In this document: one piece after another, positions 39,231-48,204 of the stretch | Layout: every line of letters begins with the position of its first letter | Position numbering within the stretch: position 1 is the first letter of the stretch | Assembly (NCBI GenBank): GCA_001824295.1 | Contig: MHWY01000008.1 | Span: 52,261-116,260 of the forward strand | Source: Candidatus Zambryskibacteria bacterium RIFOXYD1_FULL_40_13 | GTDB taxonomy: Bacteria; Patescibacteriota; Minisyncoccia; Phycocordibacterales; DATDWN01 | Direction of reading: 5' to 3' | Length of the DNA stretch: 64,000 bases | The notes under the pieces: generated by a model | The model's input: the letters and a program-made list of their open reading frames with translations, nothing else | Database searches by the model: none | What the model was told of the DNA's origin: nothing | Translations under genes and position numbers: made by a program

Positions 39231-40808
39231 ATGGCTGTTTCAAAAATTTACAGCGCACAGACCACACTCCTTTCGGCGCAAATAATTGATATTGAAGTTG
39301 ACCTGTCAAAAGGTTTGCATAGCTTTAATGTTGTGGGGCTGGCAGATAAATCGGTAGACGAAAGTAAGGATAGGGTTGGAGCCGCCATAAAAAACTCTGG
39401 ATTCAAGTCACCTAAAAACAAAAATCAAAAAATCGTGGTCTCTCTTGCCCCAGCGGACATAAAAAAGGAGGGTCCGCTTTTTGATTTACCAATTGCTATT
39501 GCATACCTTTTGGCTTCGGAAGATATAAAAGCGGACACTGAAAAAAGACTTTTTGTTGGTGAACTATCTCTTGATGGGGAACTAAGGCCGATAAAAGGGG
39601 CTTTACCTATAACACAAAAAGCCAAAAAGGATGGTTTCAAAGAGATATTCCTACCAATTGAGAATGCAGAGGAAGCAGTAAGTATAGAAGGTATCAAGGT
39701 TTACGGAGCAGGAAGTTTAAAAGAAGTTTTACAACATATAAATACAAAGAAGATGGACGAATCGGATGATACAAAGGTGTTTATTCCTCATGTTGAGATT
39801 ATTCCTCACAAGAAATCCAAGAAAAAGAAAGTGGTGCGAGAAATTGACATTGATTTCGCAGACATTAAGGGTCAAGAATCAGCCAAAAGAGGATTGGAAA
39901 TCGCCGCAGCAGGTGGACACAACATAATAATGTATGGTCCTCCCGGCACAGGCAAGACTATGCTGGCCAAAGCTTTCACGCATTTACTTCCACCGCTTTC
40001 CTTTGACGAAATGCTTGAGGTCACTTCTATTTATTCTATTGGCGGAATGCTCTCCGAGGGCCTCATTGAACACCCACCCTTCCGCTCTCCACACCACACT
40101 GCATCTTATGTCTCTCTCGTGGGTGGTGGAACAAATTTGAAACCAGGAGAAGTTACCCTGGCCCACAAAGGGGTTTTATTCATGGACGAGTTTCCAGAAT
40201 TTGATAAGAAAGTGCTGGAAAGTTTGCGTCAGCCCTTGGAAGATAGGGTAGTAACAATTTCCCGAGCAAAGGGAAGTGCACGATATCCCGCACATTTTAT
40301 TCTTATTGCCACAATGAACCCATGCCCATGTGGAAATTATGGAGTGAAGGGTAAAGAATGTATCTGTTCTGCGCAAAATATAGAAAAGTATAAAAGAAAA
40401 ATGTCAGGACCGATTATAGACAGAATAGATATGTGGGTAGAAGTCTCAAAGGTTGAGCACGAGAAACTAACTGATGCTAGAGAGCTTCAAGAGGGAACGG
40501 GTGTGATGAAACCGAGAGTAGAGAAGGCCAGAAAAATGGCAGAGCAAAGATACAAAAAGTTGGGACTAAAAACAAAAACGAACGCCGAGCTCTCGCCAAA
40601 AGATTTAGTCAAACATATTACTCTTTCCGATAAGGTTAAGGAAGTTTTGAATAAATCAGCCAAACAGCTAGACCTTTCGGCCCGCTCATATCACAGGATA
40701 ATAAAACTGGCTCGCACGATTGCAGATATGGAAGGAGCAAGTGATGTAGCAGAAAACCATATACTAGAAGCACTACAGTATAGACCAAAAAAATATCAGA
40801 ATGGATAG
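39231..40808 (+). CDS. YifB/ComM-family Mg-chelatase-like AAA+ ATPase
   Basis: 525 aa; Lon-like N-terminal domain; Walker A GPPGTGKTMLAKAF; Walker B VLFMDEFPEF; C-terminal zinc motif CPCGNYG...C.C. Confidence 0.85.
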   Translation: MAVSKIYSAQTTLLSAQIIDIEVDLSKGLHSFNVVGLADKSVDESKDRVGAAIKNSGFKSPKNKNQKIVVSLAPADIKKEGPLFDLPIAIAYLLASEDIKADTEKRLFVGELSLDGELRPIKGALPITQKAKKDGFKEIFLPIENAEEAVSIEGIKVYGAGSLKEVLQHINTKKMDESDDTKVFIPHVEIIPHKKSKKKKVVREIDIDFADIKGQESAKRGLEIAAAGGHNIIMYGPPGTGKTMLAKAFTHLLPPLSFDEMLEVTSIYSIGGMLSEGLIEHPPFRSPHHTASYVSLVGGGTNLKPGEVTLAHKGVLFMDEFPEFDKKVLESLRQPLEDRVVTISRAKGSARYPAHFILIATMNPCPCGNYGVKGKECICSAQNIEKYKRKMSGPIIDRIDMWVEVSKVEHEKLTDARELQEGTGVMKPRVEKARKMAEQRYKKLGLKTKTNAELSPKDLVKHITLSDKVKEVLNKSAKQLDLSARSYHRIIKLARTIADMEGASDVAENHILEALQYRPKKYQNG

Positions 40809-40840
40809 AAACTTGACTCGTATGTTATAATACAGCCAAT

Positions 40841-41593
40841 ATGATAGAAAAATATCTAGAAGATGCTGGGTTAAGCGACAAAGAAGTTAAAATATATCTG
40901 CAATTAATACAAATGGAGAAAGCTTCTGTGGTAGATTTGGCAAATAAAACAAAGATTAAAAGACCGACTGTTTATACAATACTTGATTCTCTGGCAAAAA
41001 AGGGGTTGGTAAGTCAGATAGATGAGGACAAAAAAACCAGATATTTTGCTGAATCTCCTGATAAATTAAATTTGTTTGTAGAAAGGAAGGAGCAATCCCT
41101 AAAAGAACTGAAAGAAAGATTTGTTAACGACATTATTCCTCAAATAAAAAGTTTACAGAGAGAATCTGGAGAAAAACCTATCGTGAAGTTTTTCTCAGGT
41201 AAAGAAGGAATTGTAAGTGCCCACGATAATGTTTTTTATGGAAAACCAGATGGGTCACCAACATATATAATATATTCCAAGGATTTAGTTGATGAATCAT
41301 TCAAAAACGAGGAGACAAATAAATACCGCAACACTAGAATAGAGCTTGGTATAAAAGCAAAAACCATATACAACTGGTCAAAGGGGGTCAAGGAATCTGA
41401 CGAGATGGCCGAAAGAATAAAAGTTGATGAAAAAAAATATCCCTTTTTTACTGATATTACTATTTATAAAGATAGGGTGAGAATTAACATTTTGGGCAAG
41501 AAATTATCTGGTATTTATATTGAGAGTAAGGATTTAGCTGAAACTCTAAAAAGCCTGTTCAACCTAGCTTTTGATAACCTAAAAAACAAATAG
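40841..41593 (+). CDS. TrmB-family transcriptional regulator (paralog of 28426)
   Basis: 250 aa; LSDKEVKIYLQLIQMEKASVVDLANKTKIKRPTVYTILDSLAKKGLV wHTH. Confidence 0.55.
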   Translation: MIEKYLEDAGLSDKEVKIYLQLIQMEKASVVDLANKTKIKRPTVYTILDSLAKKGLVSQIDEDKKTRYFAESPDKLNLFVERKEQSLKELKERFVNDIIPQIKSLQRESGEKPIVKFFSGKEGIVSAHDNVFYGKPDGSPTYIIYSKDLVDESFKNEETNKYRNTRIELGIKAKTIYNWSKGVKESDEMAERIKVDEKKYPFFTDITIYKDRVRINILGKKLSGIYIESKDLAETLKSLFNLAFDNLKNK

Positions 41594-41606
41594 CAACAGA
41601 TATGGT

Positions 41607-41950
41607 GAAGGCCTGACGGGGGAATTGAATCCCCCCGCCAGGCCTTTGTCGAAGCCGAAGCTCCGTGGTCTTAGCCCTTTCGGGCCGTGTTGTTGGTAGT
41701 CTTTCGAGCTACCGTCCGTCCCAACCCGCATAGCGTGGTTGTGACGAACAAACGATAACTACTAGTCGAACACGGCCCCGCCTCCTTTCTGGAAAGGGCC
41801 CCGAACGAGACACTACCCGGATCAAACCCCACCGGCTCTGCTTGGGATGCCCTATCGCACCCCAAGTTCGCCCGCCGGGTTAGTCCCACATCCTCGCCTC
41901 CCTTGAACTGGGTTGACGTACCAACATAGAGTATACACCCTATGTTTATT
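41607..41950. other. GC-rich structured non-coding segment; begins with a tRNA-like minihelix hairpin
   Basis: GGCCTGACGGGGGAATTGAATCCCCCCGCCAGGCC (acceptor-like stem enclosing a T-arm-like hairpin); further hairpins GCCCTTTCGGGC, GGTAGTCTTTCGAGCTACC; ~58% GC; no ORF. Confidence 0.35.
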
Positions 41951-42093
41951 TTGTCAAATACGAATTTCAAAACAGATTAATTCTGTGTCAATTTAGTTAT
42001 GTTTGTGTCAGTCTCATTTATAATCAATATTATAATAAACGGCCTTATTATGGGCTGTTTTCATTATTCGTATAGATGATTTGTCAGAACTCC

Positions 42094-42122
42094 TTGACAA
42101 AAAATAGGACTTAGTATATACT
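42094..42122 (+). promoter_or_regulatory. Near-consensus sigma70-type promoter (TTGACA-17-TATACT) driving the 42259 gene
   Basis: ttgaca aaaaataggacttagta tatact read directly; followed by a ~125-nt leader containing a long hairpin GGATAACTTTCGCTTCC...GGGAGCGAAAGTAACCC. Confidence 0.6.
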
Positions 42123-42258
42123 ACTTCCAGAATCAAATAAACAAAAAGTCAGTTGGCTTTGACATCGGATAACTTTCGCTTCCACTTTGGTTGGTCCGGA
42201 TCGCACATATTACTTGCGAGGGACCCCAAAGCGGGAGCGAAAGTAACCCACATTTGAG

Positions 42259-42582
42259 GTGAGTATGAAACGAGTGGTCTGTGCAGTCGTGCTAGTCCTC
42301 GCGGTCATGGCCACCGCTTGCAATGGGATGGTCCCCAAGCGAGAGGTGGTTCGGGACTACTGTGACACAGAGGTGGCGTACACCCTGTGGAAACAGGAGT
42401 CCGGGTACTGGCTCAATCTTCATGTTGGACCAGCCACCACGACCGTCTATTCCTCCAACCCTGGAAGGACACGGATGGTCAACTTGTCGCAGAAAGTTTC
42501 CTCTCCCGAGGAAGCCGACAAGTTGGTAAGAGAAACTCAGCAAGCCCTTGCCGAGAAACTCGCTAAGGCACGCCGAAAGTAG
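42259..42582 (+). CDS. GC-rich small secreted/lipoprotein-like protein
   Basis: 107 aa; signal peptide with Cys (VLAVMATAC); SD GAGGTGA; ~55% GC. Confidence 0.5.
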   Translation: MSMKRVVCAVVLVLAVMATACNGMVPKREVVRDYCDTEVAYTLWKQESGYWLNLHVGPATTTVYSSNPGRTRMVNLSQKVSSPEEADKLVRETQQALAEKLAKARRK

Positions 42583-42703
42583 TGCCGTGTAGACCAATCC
42601 CAAGTCTACAGAATTAGAAACTGGGACAACAATACTTCGGGGAAGTACCGAAGCGCCTACCAAGCGGTCACTGATCGTCCTCCAGAACGCCATCCTGGAT
42701 CCG

Positions 42704-42925
42704 AGGAAACCATAAATCCTCGGGTTTCCTTAAAAGCGAATCACCAGAATATAGACCGTGGTTTTCTTTTAAGGGAAGAGAGAAGGTGGTGACAGTGTGG
42801 CACTGAAGCGTCACAGTCGTAAGACTTCGGATGTTTTGTCCCAAGCAGACGAACCGCCGAATGTCACACCACCCCTTCTCCTTCCCAGCGTCATAGTCCA
42901 GGCCGGTGCAGCGGCCAGAGGACGC
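42704..42925 (+). ncRNA. Structured RNA-like element, copy A (strand uncertain)
   Basis: Hairpins GGAAACC...GGTTTCC, CCTTAAAAG...CTTTTAAGG, GGCCGgtgcagCGGCC; purine tract GGGAAGAGAGAAGG pairs with CCTTCTCCTTCCC; homologous to copy B with compensatory changes. Confidence 0.45.
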
Positions 42926-43358
42926 GAGAGTGAAATTCTCCACCTTTAAGTGAACTCTCCACTACTCCTTCAGGGAGTAGAAGGTGGACGGCGAGAGAAA
43001 CTCGTCATCGGGGATTAAAACACGGGTGGCCACCATGTTCTACAAAACAAGGAGGTCGGCCAAGCCCGCAAAAAACACCCCGAACTGCACTCGTTCTTTT
43101 CATAAACAATCTTTCGAAACCAAAGGTATGAGGTAGGTGTGGACAGACACCATAACCGAGTAGTGATGTGATTTGATAAGTACACCCTGAAAGGGTGTAA
43201 GTAACAGATGATCCACCAGCAGTGGGAATGGAGTGATGCTCTCCAGTCATCGTGTTGCCACATCCTATAAAATGGATGGGGCTCTCCTGAGCTTCCGTTC
43301 AGCGGAGACAAGATCCGCACTGTCCTTGCTTCGGAAGGTTGTGCCTAAACCTTGCCCT

Positions 43359-43540
43359 GAGGAACCTTGAGTTTCTCGGGGTTCCTTAAAAGCAAATCAC
43401 TAAACATAGACTGTGGTTTTCTTTTAAGGGAAGAGGGAGTACACGAGGGCTAAAATGATGCGCCTCATAAAGGCTGTCCCCTGATGTATGGAAACTTCTT
43501 CCCAAGTTACTCGTCCAGGCCTGTGCAGAGGCCAAAGGAC
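43359..43540 (+). ncRNA. Structured RNA-like element, copy B (strand uncertain)
   Basis: Same architecture as copy A: GGAACC...GGTTCC (covaries with A), CCTTAAAAG...CTTTTAAGG (identical stem), GGCCTgtgcagAGGCC (covaries with A); the variable middle domain differs. Confidence 0.45.
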
Positions 43541-43791
43541 TGTGGGGTGGTATGTATCCGTCCGAACCGAGAACCCCCCCGTACTCTGCAAGAGTAAAGG
43601 ACGGATGGTGAAGACTTACATTCATCATTGGGTAAAATGCCCCTCTAATGGGCAGTCATCCGTGGGGATTGTTGAGTGGAAACACCGCACCCTATTGACC
43701 CCAAACTGCACACCGCTCTTTTTGGAACGGCTCTACGGTTAAGGCTTCGCAAGCTACCATCGTGGGGCCTTTTTCGTATTAAAATTACACC

Positions 43792-44151
43792 CTACTCACC
43801 TTTTTGCCAATACATATTTAAATAGGCTGCTAGTCTGTGATATTTATCAGAAATAGACATCCCAGTTTCTTCATCAATTTTTTCATCACCAAGAGAAAAT
43901 CCATCTAGGGCCCCGAGCGAATTCTTGAACAACCTACCTCCAACCATAAAAGATTCTACCCCATCTTTAGATTTATATGAATCAATAAAATCCTGGGCTT
44001 CTTGTCTAGTTAACCCGCCTTCTTCACCCCATTTTATTGCTTCTTCAATAAATTTTTTTCTTCTGGCAGTTTTTTCTTTTTCTGTGTCACCCATCATAGA
44101 TTCTGCCTGTAAAATTTCTTCCTCTGTTGGTGTGTATTTATCTATACTCAT
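43792..44151 (-). CDS. Hypothetical protein (AT-rich, native-looking)
   Basis: 119 aa, acidic, no recognisable motifs. Confidence 0.35.
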   Translation of the reverse strand: MSIDKYTPTEEEILQAESMMGDTEKEKTARRKKFIEEAIKWGEEGGLTRQEAQDFIDSYKSKDGVESFMVGGRLFKNSLGALDGFSLGDEKIDEETGMSISDKYHRLAAYLNMYWQKGE

Positions 44152-44291
44152 AAATTTTATACTAGTTACTAATAGGTAATATTATACAATAAATGACCGG
44201 TGATGCCACACAACTTCTTGCGTAATAATAAAATTGACAAATTAAATGGTGAGAGTAGATTTAAAATCAGATAACCAACCTGGGAGGCAGT

Positions 44292-44618
44292 GTGGGCCTG
44301 AAGGCAAAGATGTCGTTGCGTATCGAGATTCCCTTTCTCACGGAGAACCCTCTCCGACACCTGATTGAGGTTGAGCTTGACCTCGATCTTGATCGAGGAA
44401 CCACAGTCCGGGGAAAGATTCCGGAGGAATTCACCATCGGCCCACAAAGGGTGTTTGTAGGCAAGGGAAAAGGACTCCTTGGTGCGATGGTAGACTGGCT
44501 CAAGCAGGTTGATTCTTCGGTGGAGTACCTTCCTGCCCACTGCAAGGTGGAGGACGAGAAGCGACGCCAAGCGGCCGAACAAAGACTCAAGGAAATGGGT
44601 CTATGGCCGATGCTCTAA
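44292..44618 (+). CDS. GC-rich hypothetical protein (GTG start)
   Basis: 108 aa; ~52% GC; SD GGGAGG 4 nt upstream of GTG; terminator at 44627-44663 (ccccgtgtggcccaaaaggccaccggggcttttt). Confidence 0.4.
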   Translation: MGLKAKMSLRIEIPFLTENPLRHLIEVELDLDLDRGTTVRGKIPEEFTIGPQRVFVGKGKGLLGAMVDWLKQVDSSVEYLPAHCKVEDEKRRQAAEQRLKEMGLWPML

Positions 44619-44826
44619 TGTACACTCCCCCGTGTGGCCCAAAAGGCCACCGGGGCTTTTTGGTTTATAAAATTTACACCACCACAGACAGTAAGTTTGG
44701 AAAATAGCTCGGTGAGTTTTTGTTCGAGTTCAAGGCGGAATGAGAAAATGCGAGGAGCCTTACTTGTCGTAAGGTGATGAGAATTTTTGAAATTCCAACG
44801 CAGAAATCGGAAAAAAGACCCGAGCG

Positions 44827-45861
44827 TTAGAAAGGATTCCTTGCGCCTCTAATTTCGAAATGTAGATGTACACCAGTCAGCCCCTTAACCCTCCCCGTAT
44901 TTCCCATTTTACCTATAACCTGACCCTGCTCAACAGAATCTCCAACATTTACTGACACTCCAGAAAGGTGAGCATAAACCGTCTGTGTGCCGTTACTGTG
45001 TTTAATAACAATATAAGAGCCATAACCACCATTCCAACCAGAACCCTTTGAAACAATCACCTGGCCAGAAGCTGACGCAAGAATATTTGAGCCATAGGAA
45101 GAAGCCAAGTCAACTGCATACCTGTCGTGCAAACCCTGTGTCCTTATTCCTCCAACAATCGGTCGCATGTAATAACCTTCGTACGTTGGATAAGATGTGG
45201 TTTTCTTTGTAGAACTGCTACCGCCCGATGAAACTTGGATAGCCTCACCACCAGGCACAACGATAATATCTCCTATAGCAAGTTTAGAATTTTTACTTAG
45301 GTTGTTATACATTAAAACTTCTTCAAAATCTCCTTTGTATAACTTGGTTATGCTTTGAAGAGTATCACCAGACTTGACCTTGTGTTGTATTCCAGATATT
45401 GGCAAGATAACCAATGTTTGACCCACAGAAATAGTGCTTCCTTTTATATCATTACTCCACCTTACTGTGTTTACCGAGACCCCAAACATCTTGGCGATTG
45501 CTGGTAAGGTATCGCCTTTTCTAACGACATACAAGCTAATTTGGTCTTCATCTACGGTCTTTGAGTCATCAAATTTTTGAACTTCTGGTAGAAGAAATGC
45601 ACCATCAACGATGGTGATTTCCTCCTCGGCAGTAGTCGAGCTCTGGTTAGGAGATATTGTGGCCTGGAGCAAGGCCATATTCTGGGAATTTAGCTCAAAC
45701 TCCTCTGTCTGGGCCTCAGCTTTTGAGAAAAAACCTGTGAAGAAAGAAATAACCCCGGCCTTTGCAGAAACGGGGACAGACAAACATATAAAAATAATTA
45801 CAGAAAAAACACCGTTGGTTAGTAACCTACTTATGTTCACCGCTGATTTGTCTGATCCCAC
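44827..45861 (-). CDS. LysM-domain M23-family peptidoglycan endopeptidase
   Basis: 344 aa; signal/TM; two LysM repeats (YVVRKGDTLPAIAKMFGVSVNTVRWSN; HKVKSGDTLQSITKLYKGD); M23 motifs HDRYAVDL ... GVHLHFEIR. Confidence 0.85.
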   Translation of the reverse strand: MGSDKSAVNISRLLTNGVFSVIIFICLSVPVSAKAGVISFFTGFFSKAEAQTEEFELNSQNMALLQATISPNQSSTTAEEEITIVDGAFLLPEVQKFDDSKTVDEDQISLYVVRKGDTLPAIAKMFGVSVNTVRWSNDIKGSTISVGQTLVILPISGIQHKVKSGDTLQSITKLYKGDFEEVLMYNNLSKNSKLAIGDIIVVPGGEAIQVSSGGSSSTKKTTSYPTYEGYYMRPIVGGIRTQGLHDRYAVDLASSYGSNILASASGQVIVSKGSGWNGGYGSYIVIKHSNGTQTVYAHLSGVSVNVGDSVEQGQVIGKMGNTGRVKGLTGVHLHFEIRGARNPF

Positions 45862-46159
45862 TGGGCTACATTTTGAGAATGATTTGCCGCCCGTGCTTTT
45901 AAGACCTGACCCTAACCGCGGATCTTGTTGTGAGCTTATAATAAGCTAAAAATTAAAATATATTCTGGTTGTCAGTGGCAAATATGGCTCTACTAGACCA
46001 TATTTTAGTCTCCTTAGTTCAGTACTCCTAAAGTATATACCTGCAGGCTGTGGGGTCAATAGGGGTTACACACAGCAAGCAATAGTCCGTAAAGTTCATA
46101 AAGTTGAAAGTTTATAAAGAAAATTCGGGAATTAAAAAGAAAAATGCTAAAATCAAGCA

Positions 46160-48088
46160 ATGAATTATCTTGATGGATTAAATAAAGAGCAGAAAGAAGC
46201 TGTTTTGGCTACCGAGGGACCCGTTTTAATCGTGGCTGGGGCAGGAGCTGGCAAGACAAAGACCATAACCCATAGAATTCTACATCTTATTTTAAGTGGG
46301 CAGAGGCCCGACAACATCCTGGCAATTACCTTTACAAACAAAGCCGCCAAAGAGATGAGGGAGAGAGTAATGAATCTAATTGTGGGTTCAGCCGAAAGAC
46401 GTGGGGTGCCATTTGTCAGCACCTTCCATTCTCTGGGGGTACAAATTCTGAAGGAAAACTCGGAACTACTCAAGCTTCCAAGACATTTCAACATCTTCGA
46501 CAAAGCCGACTCAAAGAAAGCTCTAAAGGATGCTATTGTGTCTCTTGGGCTAGATCCCAAAGAACATTTGGATAAAGTTCAACACATAATATCTGGTGAA
46601 AAGGGCAGGGGGGTAGATATAAAAGAGTATTTGGAAAAGGAAAGCTACGACTACACATCGGAACTTACAAAAAGGGTGTGGACAAAATATGAAGAAACCC
46701 TGGTAAAGGAAAACGCTCTTGATTTTGATGATTTGTTACTGAAGACACTAAAACTTCTAAAAAAATATCCCGAGGTTCTGGAAAAATATCAAAACCGCTT
46801 TTTATACATTCATATAGACGAATACCAGGACACAAACAAGGTACAAAACGCCATTGTTGAGCTTCTAGCAAAAAAACATAGAAATTTGTGCGTGGTGGGG
46901 GATACTGACCAGAACATTTACAGCTGGCGTGGAGCAGAAATAAAAAACATGTTGCATTTTGAAAAAACCTATCCTGAAGTACAAACTTTCTTTCTGGAAC
47001 AGAATTACCGATCAACAAAAAATATTTTAGCCGTAGCAAATGAGATTATTGAAAAAAATAATTTCCGTATTCCCAAAAAACTATTTACAGAAAACGTTGA
47101 GGGAGAGAAGGTGGGTTTGTTTAGGGGTAGAAACGAAATAGATGAGGCCCACTTTATCGCCATGAAATCAAAAGAGTTAATATCATCTGGAACTACGGAT
47201 GAAAACATAGCCGTACTCTATAGGGCCAACTTTCAATCAAGAGTTTTGGAGGATGCATTTCTTTCGCACGGGGTGCCGTACCAAATGCTCGGCACAAAAT
47301 TTTTTGAGAGAAAAGAAATCAAGGATGTGGTTGGTTATATCAAAGCATCGCTCAATTCAAATGATGTTGGTAATTTCATTCGGACAATCAACATCCCACC
47401 AAGGGGTATAGGAAAAACCACCGTACAGAAAATCATCCAAGGACTGGAAAAGGACTTGCCTGAAAATACAAGGTCTAAAATAAACAACTTTAGAAACATG
47501 CTTGGAGATTTCAACGCCGTACTTAAAAATCAAAAACCAAGTGATGCAATAAAATACATCATAAAGACTTCGGGCATAGAGATTTTGTACGAAACAAAAT
47601 CCGAAGAAGATTTAGACAGATTGGAAAACATTATGGAGCTTGTTTCACTTGCAAAAAAATATGACAACTTAGAGCCAGAAGAAGGTATTGAAAAATTCTT
47701 AACCGATGCTTCGCTGGTTTCTGACCAAGATTCACTCAGCGAAAAAAGGGGTGGTGTAAAACTTATGACTGTCCATTCCTCAAAAGGCCTTGAGTTCGAC
47801 TACGTTTTTGTATCCGGACTAGAAGCCGACCTTTTTCCACACAAGAAAATGTTTGAATCAAAAAAGAGTGGCGAGGACAAGGAGGAGGAACGACGTTTGT
47901 TCTACGTGGCAGTTACTAGGGCTGGGAAAAAACTGTTTTTGACATTGGCAGACACCCGTACTATATTTGGAAATACAGAAATAAATTCACCCTCGGAATT
48001 TATAGACGACATTCCAGAAAAATACGTTGAGACCGAATCATTTGTATCTGAAACAAAAAAAGAACCGTTGTTTAGTATAGATTTTTAA
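46160..48088 (+). CDS. UvrD/PcrA/Rep-family SF1 DNA helicase
   Basis: 642 aa; Walker A AGAGAGKTKTITHRI; helicase motifs VDEYQDTN, QNYRST, VTRA. Confidence 0.9.
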   Translation: MNYLDGLNKEQKEAVLATEGPVLIVAGAGAGKTKTITHRILHLILSGQRPDNILAITFTNKAAKEMRERVMNLIVGSAERRGVPFVSTFHSLGVQILKENSELLKLPRHFNIFDKADSKKALKDAIVSLGLDPKEHLDKVQHIISGEKGRGVDIKEYLEKESYDYTSELTKRVWTKYEETLVKENALDFDDLLLKTLKLLKKYPEVLEKYQNRFLYIHIDEYQDTNKVQNAIVELLAKKHRNLCVVGDTDQNIYSWRGAEIKNMLHFEKTYPEVQTFFLEQNYRSTKNILAVANEIIEKNNFRIPKKLFTENVEGEKVGLFRGRNEIDEAHFIAMKSKELISSGTTDENIAVLYRANFQSRVLEDAFLSHGVPYQMLGTKFFERKEIKDVVGYIKASLNSNDVGNFIRTINIPPRGIGKTTVQKIIQGLEKDLPENTRSKINNFRNMLGDFNAVLKNQKPSDAIKYIIKTSGIEILYETKSEEDLDRLENIMELVSLAKKYDNLEPEEGIEKFLTDASLVSDQDSLSEKRGGVKLMTVHSSKGLEFDYVFVSGLEADLFPHKKMFESKKSGEDKEEERRLFYVAVTRAGKKLFLTLADTRTIFGNTEINSPSEFIDDIPEKYVETESFVSETKKEPLFSIDF

Positions 48089-48094
48089 GATAAA

Positions 48095-48204
48095 CATACG
48101 AATATGCGAATAATGCAAATATACGAATGGATACGAATGAAAGGGCGCCTCTTTTGTATTATTCGTAGTCATTCGCATCATTCGTTAATTCGTATATTCG
48201 TATG
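48095..48204. repeat. Palindromic ACGAAT/ATTCGT-rich intergenic element, copy 2 (right arm overlaps the rsmA start codon)
   Basis: acatacgaatatgcgaataatgcaaatatacgaatggatacgaat ... attcgtagtcattcgcatcattcgttaattcgtatattcgtatg; homologous to 26911-27021. Confidence 0.8.

Noticed and set aside
41607-41950. tmRNA (ssrA) or RNase P RNA on either strand
   Set aside because: The tRNA-like hairpin has an atypical T-loop (AATTGAAT), and the 5' and 3' acceptor strands are directly adjacent. No tag reading frame ending in ..AA-stop was found in any frame. RNase P CR-I/CR-IV consensus (GGAAAGUCCGGGC / ACAGAACCCGGCUUA) is not matched. Left as an unassigned structured region.
42600-43760. Group II intron / retron / DGR interpretation of the repeated GC-rich RNA elements
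   Set aside because: No reverse transcriptase or maturase ORF; no GUGYG 5' end or domain-V-like hairpin; no template/variable-repeat adenine-specific differences. Kept as an unclassified structured RNA instead.
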